A DNA stretch of 55,532 bases, filler included, from Dirinaria sp. TL-2023a (taxonomy: Eukaryota): NCBI GenBank assembly GCA_051941275.1. It is 4 parts of 4 records of this genome, joined end to end, with 100 filler letters (N's around TTAATTAATTAA, not from the genome) between each part and the next. Parts side by side here need not be neighbours in the genome. Positions count along the whole stretch, not along the records: positions 1 to 13,825 come from JAVEBF010000648.1; positions 13,926 to 27,738 come from JAVEBF010000649.1; 2 more parts are not named here. One strand, written 5' to 3'. Shown here in pieces: positions 12,900 to 25,576 of this stretch. Positions within the stretch are counted from its first letter, which is position 1; each line of letters opens with the position of its first letter. The notes under the pieces were generated by a model that saw only the letters and a program-made list of their open reading frames with translations, was not told the origin of the DNA and did not search any database. The position numbers and the translations under genes were made by a program.

Positions 12900-13825
12900 T
12901 CATTGAACGCCATAATGTTTTCCTGGGCCTCCTTGACCCCCTATATACCTTTGACCCCTATAACCGGGTCGCATATAAGTGGTATCTAACCACTTACCTA
13001 ACTAATACTAAAAAGGTAAGGTGCATGCAGCGATAATTTCCAACACAATCAACATTTGTTCGAAAATATGAGCTCCCTCGTCTAACCAATATTGTTATGG
13101 ATTTTCTATGTGTGTTGCGGAGGGCATGCTCAATAGGGTTTAGCGCCGGCCATAGGGCTTATCCCCGGCCCACACTGGGTATTTCAATGGCACCCCAGGC
13201 CACCATGTAGTTAGGATCCTCATTATCTGTAAAACTGGGACCGGGTGGCCCGGTAACCACCAAGAAAATGCCAAGTATAGTTTGACGAAAACGGTCAGCC
13301 TCCGTTAGATGGCAGTCCTCGGAAACGGTAGTCCTCGGATAGGTAATAGGTAAGTAATGGATAATGGTATAGGCAGTGGCCCGGGTAGTGATAATGGCAG
13401 TCCGCGAATAGGTAGACCGCAGGGCTCCGGGTAATAGTAATATCGGGTATATAGTAACCCACAAATGCTCGCTTTTCTTATAGATGTTAGGCAATTAATC
13501 ACACACATACAAACTGCCAAACATAGGTGCAATTGACCTCATAAACACCTCCTAAATCTGACATTATCCATATAGTTTACCCACATTATCAGGCATGATA
13601 GGCCCCATCATTGTTAGTCCCTAACAAATATCTCTAAGTGGACCTCCATCTTGTAACGAACAAAAACCATACCTAATAAGCCCCCGCGAAAAACGATCCA
13701 TAGGCATAGTCAGACAATATAATAGGCCCTAGTTACAATGAATGGTTTCTTCTATTCGAGACGATGTTTGCTGAAGACTTCAGAAAAGCGTGAAAAAGCA
13801 ATCATGTATTAACATTATCTTGTTA
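12900..13825. mobile_element. Possible RIP-degraded repeat remnant at contig end
   Basis: TpA-rich, stop-rich sequence with short internal duplications (ggcagtcctcgga/ggtagtcctcgga); no recognisable domain. Confidence 0.3.
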
Positions 13826-13925
13826 NNNNNNNNNNNNNNNNNNNNNNNNNNNNNNNNNNNNNNNNNNNNTTAATTAATTAANNNNNNNNNNNNNNNNNNN
13901 NNNNNNNNNNNNNNNNNNNNNNNNN
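13826..13925. other. Artificial contig-joining linker
   Basis: 44 N + TTAATTAATTAA (13870-13881; stops in all six frames) + 44 N. Confidence 0.97.
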
Positions 13926-14741
13926 TTAAAGAAAAAAAAAAAAAAAAAAAAAAGGTGCGGGGCGATAAGCATGCTCCGAGTTTTGATAAAAAAAAATATC
14001 ATGCCGGACTATATTTCTTGTCACCAGCGTCTTTGAAAGATTTGGAGCATAGCCATGGCGTCTGAGTGCCCTGCACGATCGGTTAAGGATGGGACTTGAG
14101 GGAAGCATCATCATTATTATTAGGTCAGAGCGGAGATATCCCAAACGGGGGCTGTCGGGTAGGTACCGTAGTCAAGATATTTCGGTTTGTCTGTATTATT
14201 GGATCCTTGACTTCAGGTTTTCTATTCATTGTTACATTTGTGGAACACTACCTAAAATTGCCCTCGATCTTCCATTATGGACCATTTGTAGATCATAAGG
14301 TACTTTAGTCCCAATTGCAGCCCGCCAGCCCGCCACATGCCATCCCTCAATTATGAATTATGAGACGCGGAAGAAGCACTTTTTCTCATGATCCTTGCAC
14401 TCTTTTGAGCTCTTTTTCCTTTCCACATTGCCTATCGGCGTACTACTGATTGATGTGCGGGTGATCGCCCTTTTCGTTACTCTTATCTATGTATTACAAT
14501 ATCAACGATTTCTATCTGGCTGATAATGATAGTGGCCTTAATAGTCAACTCATGCCATCTTCATTTCCTGAATACATTGTTTGTCACGGGGCCGCTGCGA
14601 AATGTACTTGTACAGGATCGTATCATGTGGAAAAAAAAAAAAAAAAAGCAAGTAAGTTGTTGACTGGGCTACAGGCTAGTGGAGGCTTCCCTTTCCAAAC
14701 CACAGCCGGGAAACAGATATGTACAGAAGAATAAGGCAAAT

Positions 14742-17413
14742 TTATACATGTCTGACTTTACTCGCAACCGCATTAGCCAGTTCCACACGGATGCCTGCTG
14801 CGGTGAGGACATGGATCCACAGCCGCTGCGTATCGCTCAGGCGATCGTTCTCGCTCTTCACCTCCGCGAACATGACCTCCTTCGCGTCGCGATGCCAGAG
14901 GAAAAGATCCGGGATACCGCCCCCGCGCTGCTGATATTCCTGCGCCATCACTTTGCAGATCGTGGCGAGGCCCTCTCGGTTGGTTTCGAAGCAGGCGACG
15001 ATGTCGAGGAGATCGTCGAGGGCGAAGGTCCAGTCGATGCCGACGATGCACGTCTGGCGCTCGTGCTCGCGGTCCCAGACGGCCCGGATCAAGTCCGCTG
15101 CGGCTCCGTTCCCGATCTCGACCAGGCGCCGGTTGATCTCGCTCAGCCGGCTGGGGTAGAAGGCGTCGGTGAACAGGTCGAGCGGACAGCTTTGGTATTC
15201 CGTTTGGAACACGTTCGGCACATACGTGAACATGATGTCCCCGAAGAGGTACCCGAATAATGTCCGCACGATGCCGCCTTCGCTGTGATACCCGCGCCAG
15301 CCTTCGCTGCGGTAGTGGGAGAGGCACATCGCCTCCACGCTGCACTCGCCGCCATTCTCGTTTTCATCGATCCAGCTCGTTTTGGCGCCTCGGCGGCCGC
15401 TCGAGGAAGCAGGGTGTGGCGAGCTATTGCGTCGGCCGTTGCGCTGCGCGGGCGTGAGTGCGCGCTCGATGCGTATACCTGCTATGCTGCGCTCGGTGGG
15501 TTTTGTAAGACGCACGTGCAGGAAATCATGCTGTTGGCGTTTGGGGACCTTAAGCTGTTTCTCGAGCTTCGTGATCCTTTTTTGGAGGTCGTAGTGATAG
15601 ATGAGGTGGCAGTCTCGGTCTTGTAGGCCATCTTCGCACGTACACAGAGCGATACGTTTCCAATGCTTTTTCCGGCCTTCTTCCGACAACCCTCCCTTGT
15701 CAGGTGCAAGAGCCCACATGTAATGTTCTTCCAGCAGTGCCTTGCGCTGGTACCATGCGCCTCGTCGTGCAGCGTGGAAAAGATGCTGCTCCAGTAGCTC
15801 TGTCAGCATCTCATGCTCGCGCTTGTGCTCTTTGAAGCGGCCGAGTACAGCCGTGCCTTTGTGCACGATACGCGTATAGACCCAAGCGGGCGAAAAGCGG
15901 CGGAGGTAAGCTCCTTCTCCACTTTCGTACACACGATCCTCCTTCCGCTGCTCTTCCTCCAAGAGCACACACCAGCGAGGGTAAACTTCCTCGAAGATAT
16001 CTTTCACGACTTGGAGATCTTTTGTTTTGGGCGTACCGTTGAACTCAAGGATATTGTCAATACGGAATTGTGTCCTTATAGAGGCTTCGAACTCGAGAAG
16101 TGCGGACCGAGATGGAAAGATATTGGCGGAACGAGATACGATATAAGATGGAAAATTGCGCCGGGAGATGCGGGCTAGTATGATGGTTGTGAGAGATTTC
16201 TCGGTCCATTCTGTGGAGCGGTAAAAGACGAGGTGGACACGCTCAAATAGCTTGAGGGATGGTGAGGAGAGGCGGATACAAGGGCCGGTGCTGGAGAGGA
16301 TGCTGCGGAGATAGTGGGTGTCTCTATTGGCGTTGCAAGTTTCAAAGTCCTGGATATTATTTCCATTCTCATCGATTGGCCTATCCAATTTGATAGACTC
16401 GTCGGTCTCTGACCGCTTGAGACTTGCAAAGCCGATGCCACTTTGCTTTGAGCTCGTCCTTCGGAGAGACTGGAGTAATTCACGCTTAGTCTTCCCTTGT
16501 AGCTTGGCATCTTTAGCTATATCTTTGAGCTCGTCCAGCATGAGTAGCGATGAAGCCTCCTCGAGTGTGTTAATGTGTTCTTGAGATCCGTCCGCGAAAG
16601 TGAACCTCTGTCCGAATATCATGTCTTTGGGAGGCTCAACTTCTCCTGGATTCTCTTGTCGCACAGCCGTTATTTCGGGCAATGGTCTAGGCTTGAGCAA
16701 CTCCTCGACTGCTGCAGACATATCGCCAATATCTCCATAGTAGCCTAAGCGATTGATTCGATGCCAAGCGGCCGTCTTACGCAGAAACAATCGCACGTAT
16801 CTACCGTATGGTTCAGTTCAATGCAATTTCAGCTCTTCAATTTCGCCACTACAGTATCTACCTACAGATATTGCCCTTCGTAGCTGAGATTCCTCCACTG
16901 TTGAAAAACTTCCAGCTCAGCCTCGTCGAAAAGGTGCGACTCATCCTCAAGGACCGTCTCCAAAGCCAAGTTGAAGGCATCCACGTAGATCGAGCTCTTG
17001 CCTCGGATCCACTTCCTTTGTCCTAATCGCCCTTGCAGACCAATGTCTTCGGCAGATTCTGCAGCTCTTGCGGCTTCGTATTCAGCGATTGCTTCCTTGT
17101 CTGTCTTGATTGGTGGCAAGGCACTCTCTAACTCTGTTTGACTGACCCTAGGTGGCTGATTATCATCGTCACTCTCAGCCTCAGAGTCTCGGATCTCTTT
17201 GATCTGGTCCTTGTCGGATGAGGTAGGCTTGACATCCGAGTCATCTTCGACGGATACATCCCTTGAATATGAACTATCTGTGCTGTCGAGGCTCTTTAAA
17301 CGTTTTGCTGTAGGCGTTTCGAAACCTTCATCAAAATTAGTTGTGGCTGGATGAGGAACGAGGCGGCCTCTCATCTGCTTATGGGACGCGGGACTTTGCA
17401 GATGTAAGACCAT
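14742..17413 (-). CDS. FAN1: Fanconi-associated nuclease 1 (VRR-NUC domain), 2 exons
   Basis: YVRLFLRK, SAP-like segment, TPR region (RRGAWYQRKAL), GYHSEG, VFQTEYQSCPLDL, nuclease motif GGIPDLFLW...EVKSENDRLSDTQ; intron 16865-16801. Confidence 0.93.
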
Positions 17414-17844
17414 AGCAACAGCCGCTCATACACGCTGCAAGAGCGGGCCTGTACATCAGTAAAGTAGGTACGAAACGCGTTTGCAGCCGCGTAAAGTACT
17501 CGCGTTTCAGAGTCGGTCCTACTTTGTTCCAGTCAAGGTTTCAAGTGCTAACCCTAAGTTTAGCAGGCGCGCCCTGAGGGGAGGGTCTGGTAGACTTGGG
17601 GAGGTACTTTAATACCTTATGCCCTAACCAATATCGCTTTCAATGTCCCATACACTAGCAAGGACCAAATCACATATTTGGGAAGGGTTTGTGCAAAACC
17701 AAGATCGTTCTCTGTGAAGAATAGCACCTGCCAAATAGGTCTCTCTCAAAGGTCTGCCCACATATGGGTGATGCTGCCTTGACTACCTAGGAAAGCTCAT
17801 GTCTAACCGATGGCCGTGACTCCATAATACGCTTATGCGATGCC

Positions 17845-18318
17845 TTATTTTACTAACAATATAACCATTGCCAGTCCTGTGTTGACTACTGGCAACCAGT
17901 AAGGTATCCCCATTTTCCACTGACTCCATCTGTACCCTTAGATCAGCGGTGTCTTTGCACATGGAAAATCAAGCCAAGAGAAGTTCCGCGAGAAAAATGT
18001 CCAGAATAGGACGTAGAAGAAGTACGATAAAATGGCTTACACGCCCATCAAGGACAAAGTCCCTGACAATAGGCATCCCCCAACTCTCGTCGCCGGCAGC
18101 GCTACACCCACAGATGCAAGGCACATTGCAACACCTATGACCTGTGTGAAGGTAACCGCATCCAGAGGTACAAACGAGAAGGCGGCGAGTGTGCCGTCAG
18201 CTTTAGCCATGGCGCGTTTGCGGAGGGAAGGAGTCGGAGAGAAGGGGAGACGGGCTTGACCCCCGAGGAGCAGCTCGAAGGAGAGAATGGCGGCAAGGAA
18301 ATGGGAAGGCACTGACAT
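17845..18318 (-). CDS. Small multi-pass membrane protein (DoxX-like), 2 exons
   Basis: Hydrophobic ORF from 18318. A GTAAGC donor near 18039 spliced to a TACAG acceptor near 17931 extends it to ...MGVWSQWKMGIPYWLPVVNTGLAMVILLVK*. Confidence 0.65.
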
Positions 18319-20232
18319 GGTGAGTCGTTCGAGAGAATAAAATGGCGAAGGCGGCTACCTATCGACATAGATTTAAGGTAATGTAATAATCAACGGACAA
18401 TGGGACGGATCTTGAAAAGTACGAGTACGCTAGTACTTATATGATTAGCCCATAGACGGCGTGTGGCAGTGTTTCTATAAAGAAGTAAGGTACAGTAATC
18501 ACTGCACGGTTCTCAGTCCTGTTACTGCGCAGTCTGGAGAGTTACGTATGGGAAGTAGATGTGAACGGCAGTACTGCCCATACAAGAGCCTGAGTAGCTA
18601 TCTCACTTCTTCGCTCAGCTCACGCGCACTGGAACTGGAATGCGGCCGCAGGATCACGAAGCATCAACATCGTCGATTGGTGCTCGATCAGAATGGATTT
18701 CATGCCAAACAGACGCAACGTAAACTCCTTTAGCACATTCGTAAGTCTTGCACTAAAGATTTGCTTGACGCTGTCCCATGGTCCGTGCTGAAGCCTTGAC
18801 TGGGAGGGTAGCGAAGTTAGGGAATTGGATTGGGACTATTGTCTTGTGGAGTGCAAAAGCAAGGCAAAATTAGCATTTGAGCTCTGGCGACGCTTTTTGG
18901 CTAAGAAGCAGTCGACTTTCTTGGAATCCTTTTGCAGTAAACGGATCTTAAAGACCGCTCGGCTTTCTTGGCGTCTGAAAGGCACAAGATATTCACAGCC
19001 AGCACCAACAGACGGGTGGGCCTCTCCGCTGGCTGCCACCCCAGCATGCTATCAAGCCAAGGCATTGCGATGCCCGGGACTAGATGCTCAAACCGCGGAA
19101 ATGGCGACTATGATGTGCATTTGTCACCCTTGGTGGCTATCAATTATTAGCCAAACTTCCCTCAAAGCTCAGAGAGTCGTACATCTGAGACCTCGAGCTT
19201 TGCCACGAAACCCTCTTGAAGTGTGATAATGCTTGACACTAAAGCTCTATCCCTTGCGGAGAGGGTGATAGTCTGGCGAACGGCTACTCTTCGAGGTTCG
19301 CGGTACATCCTGAGTGGCATGAGAGGATCCCCATTACGACATCAATGACTGTCAATACTGTGCAACCCACAAGCTAATGCGGTTCCTATTTCATACTTGG
19401 ACTCAAGGAAGAAAAGAAAGAAGAATAGAAAGATGTGAAGGAAAGACATAAAACACTGGCTAAACTCTGAGCAGGAAGACGTACTTAAGAAATGGGTACA
19501 CTTGATAAGAACACACTCTGCATAGGAAGGCACACTTGAAAGAAAATCAAATATGACAGGAAGAAACTTCAGGCAAGAGAGTTGCAAATAGCTGACCCTA
19601 TTCTCCCGCGAGGATAGCCGAGGAATGGATTGTGAGAAGGTACTTAGGAGAATAGCATCTAGTCACCAAGCCACACATTGATGATGATTTTTCGCCTAAT
19701 TGATGCAAGGACTCCCGGCAGTTTCTGATAGCATTCCAGGTCTTTTCATTGCACAACATTGCGTAAAGTGGAGTTGCAGCCTCCTGTTGGAAAGCGTCCA
19801 GAAGGTGTACTGCCCACAGACTCCAGTGCAGAATTAGCCGGATTTCTTTGAACACTGATAGCTAGCAAAGCCGCTCCAGTGATCCTACCACATACTAGAA
19901 CCTCGAGGCCTCCATCCTTGCTCTCCTTTTTTTGAAGACGCTATTCGCTTGATGCGAGACATCGATCCTGCCATCAACATGGGTGAGATGCTCTTTGTTG
20001 CAATGCCAAGCTGGCGCAGCTGGTTGCACTAAGGTATCGTCGTTTGCAATACCCCACTTTTTTAGTGCGCACACCACCCAAAAGTTGGTCCGGACATGAA
20101 AAGTCGTAGAATCCAGGCCTCCAAATGCTTCCAAATTAGGCAAACCTGATGCTTTGTATATGCCCTTTGTGATCTGAGGTCGGTGGTCACTCTGCTGCCG
20201 ATACCTCGCCGCTGCCATGCCTCGCCGCCACC

Positions 20233-20675
20233 ATGCCTGACAGAGATGAACGGACCAAAAGGCCCTCGAAAAAGACGTCCACCGCCGCCGATGACGGTAA
20301 CACCTCTAGCAAGGGCCCCAAGTTGAAGCTAGGGGCCCCTAAACCACCGTCGTCGGCACCTGCGGCCTTACAAAAGAAGTCAGCAAAAAAGAAGCCCGCA
20401 AGTCCACCAAGCCTATCAAGCCTACCAAGCCTATCAAACCTCTCAAGCCCACCAAGTCTACAAAGCCTGAACCGCAGGTCATCAGCTCTGCATCTGAAAC
20501 TGAGGATGTTACTGAGGAGGAAGACGAGGACGAGTAGAAGGAGGTGGTGGAGGAGCAGGAGGATGATGCTACTGAGAAGAATTAGGGGCTCATTGATGCC
20601 CATAACGTGGCACAAGCAAATCTGGATCGAGAAGATCGTAGAATAATTGCTGCTGTCGGAAAGCGCAGAAAGCGA
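20233..20675 (+). pseudogene. Frameshifted copy of a Lys/Pro-rich then acidic nuclear-type protein N-terminus (left arm plus spacer)
   Basis: 1-nt deletion near 20400 relative to the right copy. The corrected frame gives KPAKSTKPIKP...ETEDVTEEEDEDE*...GKRRKR with internal stops. Confidence 0.55.
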
Positions 20676-20950
20676 TCAAATGCAGAGCTTATGATCTGCG
20701 GCTCAGGCTTTCTAAGCTTGATGAGCTTGAGAGATTTGATAGACTTGATAGACTTGATAGGCTTGGTAGACTTGGTGGACTTCGCGGGTTTCCTTTTTGC
20801 TGACTTCTTTTGTAAGGCCGCAGGTGCCGACGACGGTGGTTTAGGACTCCCTAGTTTCAACTTGGGGCCCTTGCTAGAGGTGTTACCGTCATCGGCGGCG
20901 GTAGAGGCCTTTTTTGAGGACTTTTTGGTGCGTTCCCCTCTGCCAGGCAT
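20582..20950 (-). CDS. Truncated Lys-rich ORF (right arm), divergent from dpy-30
   Basis: MPGRGERTKKSSKKASTAADDGNTSSKGPKLKLG..., nearly identical to the left-arm ORF; homology ends after about 91 codons. Confidence 0.35.
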   Translation of the reverse strand: MPGRGERTKKSSKKASTAADDGNTSSKGPKLKLGSPKPPSSAPAALQKKSAKRKPAKSTKSTKPIKSIKSIKSLKLIKLRKPEPQIISSAFDRFLRFPTAAIILRSSRSRFACATLWASMSP

Positions 20951-21275
20951 GGCGGCGGCGAGGTGCAGGCAGCAACGGCAAGGGGGGTCATCATCGACCT
21001 CAGGTTACAAAGTGCATATCCAGAGCATCAAGTTTGTCTAGTTTGAAAGCATTGGAAGGTCTACACACGATGATCTATGAGTTCCACGATTTTTCTGATT
21101 CGGACCAACTTTTGGGTGGTTTGCGCACCCAAAAAGTAGCGTTTTGCCGAATCGGACCGAAATTTTGCAAGCGACGATAAAAAGCCGCGCTAGAGAACCC
21201 TAAAAATGTGATGCGATATTGCGAAACCTCAGACCTTCAAAGAGCAGAAAGCATTAATGCACAGAAAATTCCACA

Positions 21276-21881
21276 ATGGCAGAGCAAACACCCCAAAATA
21301 TTCCCAAATCCGAGCCAGAAGAAGCTCCAGCTATGGCTCCAGAGCCACAACTCGATTCAGCAGCACTCCAAGCCTCACCTGTACCGGCGGCAGCACCTCC
21401 ACAGCCTGAAGCGCCTGCACCTACACCTACACCTATACAGCCTAAGATAGAGGCGCTAAGCCAGCAGCCGGATATCTTGATGACGGAGGCTGCGGTACGC
21501 TCACCACTATCCGAAAAACACCTTTCTCAAAACGCTTACTGAGTTAAATATAAAAGCCATCTCCAACCCCTCAACCACAACAATCATCCACCATGCCTCG
21601 CACTTCGACGCCTAACCGAGCAGTGAATGGCGCTGCTGAAGCACCCATTATACCATTGAAAGCAGCCTCACATGGTGCTCCTGCGAGGAGATATTTAAAC
21701 GAGAAGGTCACTGGTGTACTACTGGAAGGCATGAAGAAGCTGGCTGCTCAGCAGTGGGTACTTCGTGAGTGTATGGGGATATTTCTGGCTAACTTTAGAT
21801 CCATATAGGCCTGAAGATCCGTTGCGGGTACTGGGGGAATACTTGCTGACGAGGAGTAAAGATATTGAAGGCACTGGTTGA
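21276..21881 (+). CDS. SDC1: COMPASS subunit Dpy-30/Sdc1, 3 exons
   Basis: HGAPARRYLNEKVTGVLLEGMKKLAAQQPEDPLRVLGEYL (Dpy-30 motif); introns 21495-21556 and 21754-21808. Confidence 0.9.
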
Positions 21882-22151
21882 GAATTTTACTTGTAAGATA
21901 GTGGCATAGCGTTGGCGTTTGGGCAGCAATAGGGTTGCTTCGTTGATACCCAGAAGCAGGAGGATCCTAAGTTTAGAAGTCGCATAATTGATCAGTATTT
22001 CACTCGCTGATCTCACGGGGCGAAGTGCATGATGGTCACAAGTCTTTGAATTTGTTTGTCCCGTCTGCGCCTCAAGCTTGACAAGCATATTCAGCACCAT
22101 ACTACTTCCTCAATCAACCCATCACCTCGCTCTTCAGGTTTTTCTCTCCCT

Positions 22152-22872
22152 TTATGCCACCAACGTACTAGCCGTCGCACTCTCATACCTCCATGTGGGC
22201 GGCAGCACACCAACGGTCTTGTAATAACGTGAGAGACGGTGGATCCGGGATTCGATAAGGATAAGACGGAATTTTGAATCCTTATCTTTGCGGTTGCGCT
22301 CCAAGTGCTTGCGTACGGCGACAGCCTATGTCATTTAGCATAATTCGATAGCGCAACGGTGATTTTTCCTGATACGATTGCTATACCTTTTTGATCAGCA
22401 TGTAGAGGTCCTCGGGTATTTCGGGAGCGAGGCCTGTGCATGGAAAATCACTCCGTCAGTCAAAGACCAAGCAGAGGCTTAGAGGCGGCATAGAGCGCAT
22501 TGTGTATTGAATTGTCCAGCTTATCGCCGTGACAAAGTCTCAAATAGGAGACTCCATACCGTTAGACTTGAGGATACGGAGGATCTTGTTTCCTATACTT
22601 GCCAGTTAGCTCTCTTATTGCAACCTCCAACCTATTGCTATTTCTCGTAGACAGTGGTCTTCCGACTCACCAGTGACGACCTTAACCTGTGCAACACCAT
22701 GCGAGTCTCTCAGCACAACGCCGATTTGCGACGGCGTCGCGCCCTTCTTTGCGAGTTTGCAGATCTGGTCCACGACCTGCTCGGGGGTCATTTTGAGCCA
22801 TGAAGGCGGTGTTCGGGAGTATGGAATGGCGGAGGCCGATATTCCTTTGCCTTTGCTGTGAAGGCGACCCAT
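22152..22872 (-). CDS. RPS13: 40S ribosomal protein S13 (uS15), 4 exons
   Basis: [18 protein letters not shown]...[63 protein letters not shown]...ASTLVA*. Confidence 0.98.
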
Positions 22873-25576
22873 GGTTGCGGCTTTTTTTCAATAATGGAAT
22901 GCTCTGATGGTAAAAGCTGTTGGAGTGGTGGTGGTTAAGCTCCGTCGGGCAGATGTGTGGGCTTGGCGCGCTACAGTAAGCGAGCGCTAGACTAGCGTCT
23001 TTCGAATACAGATTTTTCTGAGGCAGGAAGTATCGAGCACAAATTTCTTCATAAATGATACAAAATATCGTCCAGCACATGTTCAGGATGACTTCAGACC
23101 CGAAGAGTTGACATCAGACCACTGATATTCATTGAAAATGCTTGAGGTTATTGGGTGCTAGTACCAGTGTGAGGATGCACTGACAAGCAGACAAAGACAA
23201 TTTAGTGGAAACTGGCGCTGTGCCCTTGCAAGTAGGTGGATTTTCACTGAAGATTACATTATGCTCTTTACTTCCACAACACCAAAACATCTATTCAATG
23301 ATGATATCCAAAACTATATTAATTCTGGTACCTCTGCTGTCAGAAGCTCGTAGCAGCTTCGATGATCTTCATGGACTTCTGACCGATTTTTCATACAGCT
23401 TCCTCCAATTCAGCATCTTTCATCAAGGGGTGCCATAGCTAATGCGTCCGATGCAAACAGGAACAGAGTTTCTTCAGCCTTTCAGGATTGCAGTAACTAG
23501 TGAACCGATCGGCCATCCGCGCCACGGTGTACTCATCTTCCACGCTTGCTAGTATGAGGTGCTGCCATCCTTCAAGCCACCAAGCACGCAGTCTTCTTTA
23601 TCAACGTTACACCGCAGATGCCGAGGATTGTCATTGAATAGGGGGGTTTCCGATATACCCGGGTCGGCCGAGCTTTTATAATTTGATTTTGTAAAACAAA
23701 AGCGGCGGCCAAGAGGGTTTCTACCTCAGATTTGCGCTGCAATCGAGCGAAAAGAGGCAAGGGAAGGGGGAAAAAAAAAAAAAAGAAAAGAAAAGTCTTC
23801 GCTATTGTTGTAGATACTACACCAATTATTGTATTTATCTTCTTAGCGCACACATCACGAAATATGCTCAGGTATTTTAGTGTAGCATTTGCCATGGAGC
23901 ACTTTCCAGCTGAGGCATTTCAAGAATGAATTTTTAGTACCATAATGAGATCCTCACTACCTCAGGCTATGAAAACTGGCATCTCGTGACGGAGCTGATT
24001 GGAAAATCCTAGGGCCGCTAATTCGTTGATCCTTTTTACCGCTGGCACCACCGGTGCCTACCAAGCCCCATACGGGACTGATCTCAAAGTGACATCGAAT
24101 TACATCGAGAAGCAGGCAGGAAATTAAGTTGCGACCAGGTACCATTTACTTATCGAGTGCTCCATTGTACTGATTTGTGGAATCTTCAAGATCGCGGCTT
24201 CCTCTTCTGGCCGGCGGCATGCGCCATAAGCACTTGGTAGCAGAGGTGGAGCCGTCAAGTCTTATCTTTTAGTAATCACCAAGGCAATCCGTCCGTAAGA
24301 GAAAAAGGTCAAAGGATGCAAGCAGCTGGAAAAGGGGGACTGGAAGGGGTTTCTGGTTTCTACCAGGTGCGACCGGCGATCTGGAGGATCCCCCCGCATA
24401 CAGCCGACGGACCGCAGCGCGTAAAGGCTTTCCTCCTGTGCAAAATATCTCTCAAGAGGCACAGGATGACGCTTTGCTGCTTGGAGACGAAGCTGAGATG
24501 GGTCGACTCTAGAATGACATCTGCCTTCTTTCAGCGCACGCAGCTACTGGTATTCGCCTGCAGCTTCATCTGCAGCTTGTATGCATACCGGCGCCTTGGG
24601 ACCGAGCGATACTGCCGCGACACGCACCTGTATCAGCCTTAAGGCTTTCCAACACAGTACCTCCCGGATCAGTCTAGTTTATGGTAAATATCACGAGAGC
24701 TAGCTCTGATAGGCCAGGCCAAACTGCCGGTAAACGCTCTGATCGATCAATGGACTGGTGGAGAAGCAGCTAGAGACGCTATCGCTCATCTGCTTTTCCC
24801 TCCGGGTCCAGGGACGGGTTCTAAATCCTCCGCCTCCACAGTCGAGCTGCCAATCATGGTCCAGTACCGACTTTCGCCTCTGCGGCCCCTTTATCACGAC
24901 CTCCTGCTCGCGACCACATTCGTTGCTCGTCATCGCATCCTGGTCAGCAGAATCCCCATCGACCTGGCTAATCGAGCCTAGAATGCCTCGCGCTTATGGG
25001 ATTTCACAAGTACCTGAGCCAATTGGTCTGAAAAGGGCCAGCGGCCTGTGTGGAGCACCAACCACGCCGAGATGTCACTCGGGACCATATTGTCGACGTG
25101 CCAGTCGAAGCGCGAGGTCACGGTTTCCCTGGGCTAAGAAACGTGACTCGTCCATCAGGATGGCAGATCCGTGCCTGGTACCAGAAAAAGCCTCTGACTC
25201 GGCCGCTGATTGAAGGTACTCTCTTGCTTGAGGCCTGTGCCCTCGCACGATGCGGGAGGAATCTACAATTAGCTCAATTGAAATGAGATAATTCCCCAGG
25301 ATTTTCGTCAAAATACAAGTGCCTGCTGCATGGCAGCAATAAATCCCTCTGTTGAACTCTGTGTTCCTTCCATCGTACCAACCGGAAAGCCCATCACGCA
25401 CTGCTATCACTAATAACGCGCTTCTCCGGGACGTTGCAGGATATGCTTTCCGGCTGATCCACCGTGTGCATTGATGTGGGGTGCCTTCGCGTGCTAGATC
25501 GTACATATAACACCCAGGCATTTCTGTCTCGGTGCCTTGGTCTCTGTGGAAGCAGGACTTCCGGCTGCCTCTGATC

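Larger units (their letters stand above)
20035..21179. repeat. Large imperfect inverted repeat (arms ~20035-20497 and ~20676-21179, spacer ~180 bp)
   Basis: The arms are reverse complements with long identical tracts, e.g. accgccgccgatgacggtaacacctctagcaagggccccaagttgaa and cctaaaccaccgtcgtcggcacctgcggccttacaaaagaagtcagcaaaaa. Confidence 0.95.

Noticed and set aside
13870..13881. TTAATTAATTAA as a biological palindrome or regulatory site (also 27783 and 41684)
   Set aside because: Identical, centred in N runs, and a standard six-frame-stop linker.
14679..15626. Long antisense and alternate-frame ORFs over FAN1
   Set aside because: Shadow ORFs of a GC-rich coding strand; no independent motifs.
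9792..17413. FAN1 as a self-resistance gene for the neighbouring terpene cluster
   Set aside because: An artificial linker separates them; they are on different contigs.
18400..20000. Genes in short ORFs left of the inverted repeat
   Set aside because: No recognisable motifs; a decayed gene cannot be excluded without a homology search.
22434..22559. Intronic snoRNA in the longest RPS13 intron
   Set aside because: No RUGAUGA C box; the CTGA seen belongs to the branch site.
23100..25500. Small ORFs upstream of the GPCR
   Set aside because: No coding signature; more likely promoter or long 5' UTR.
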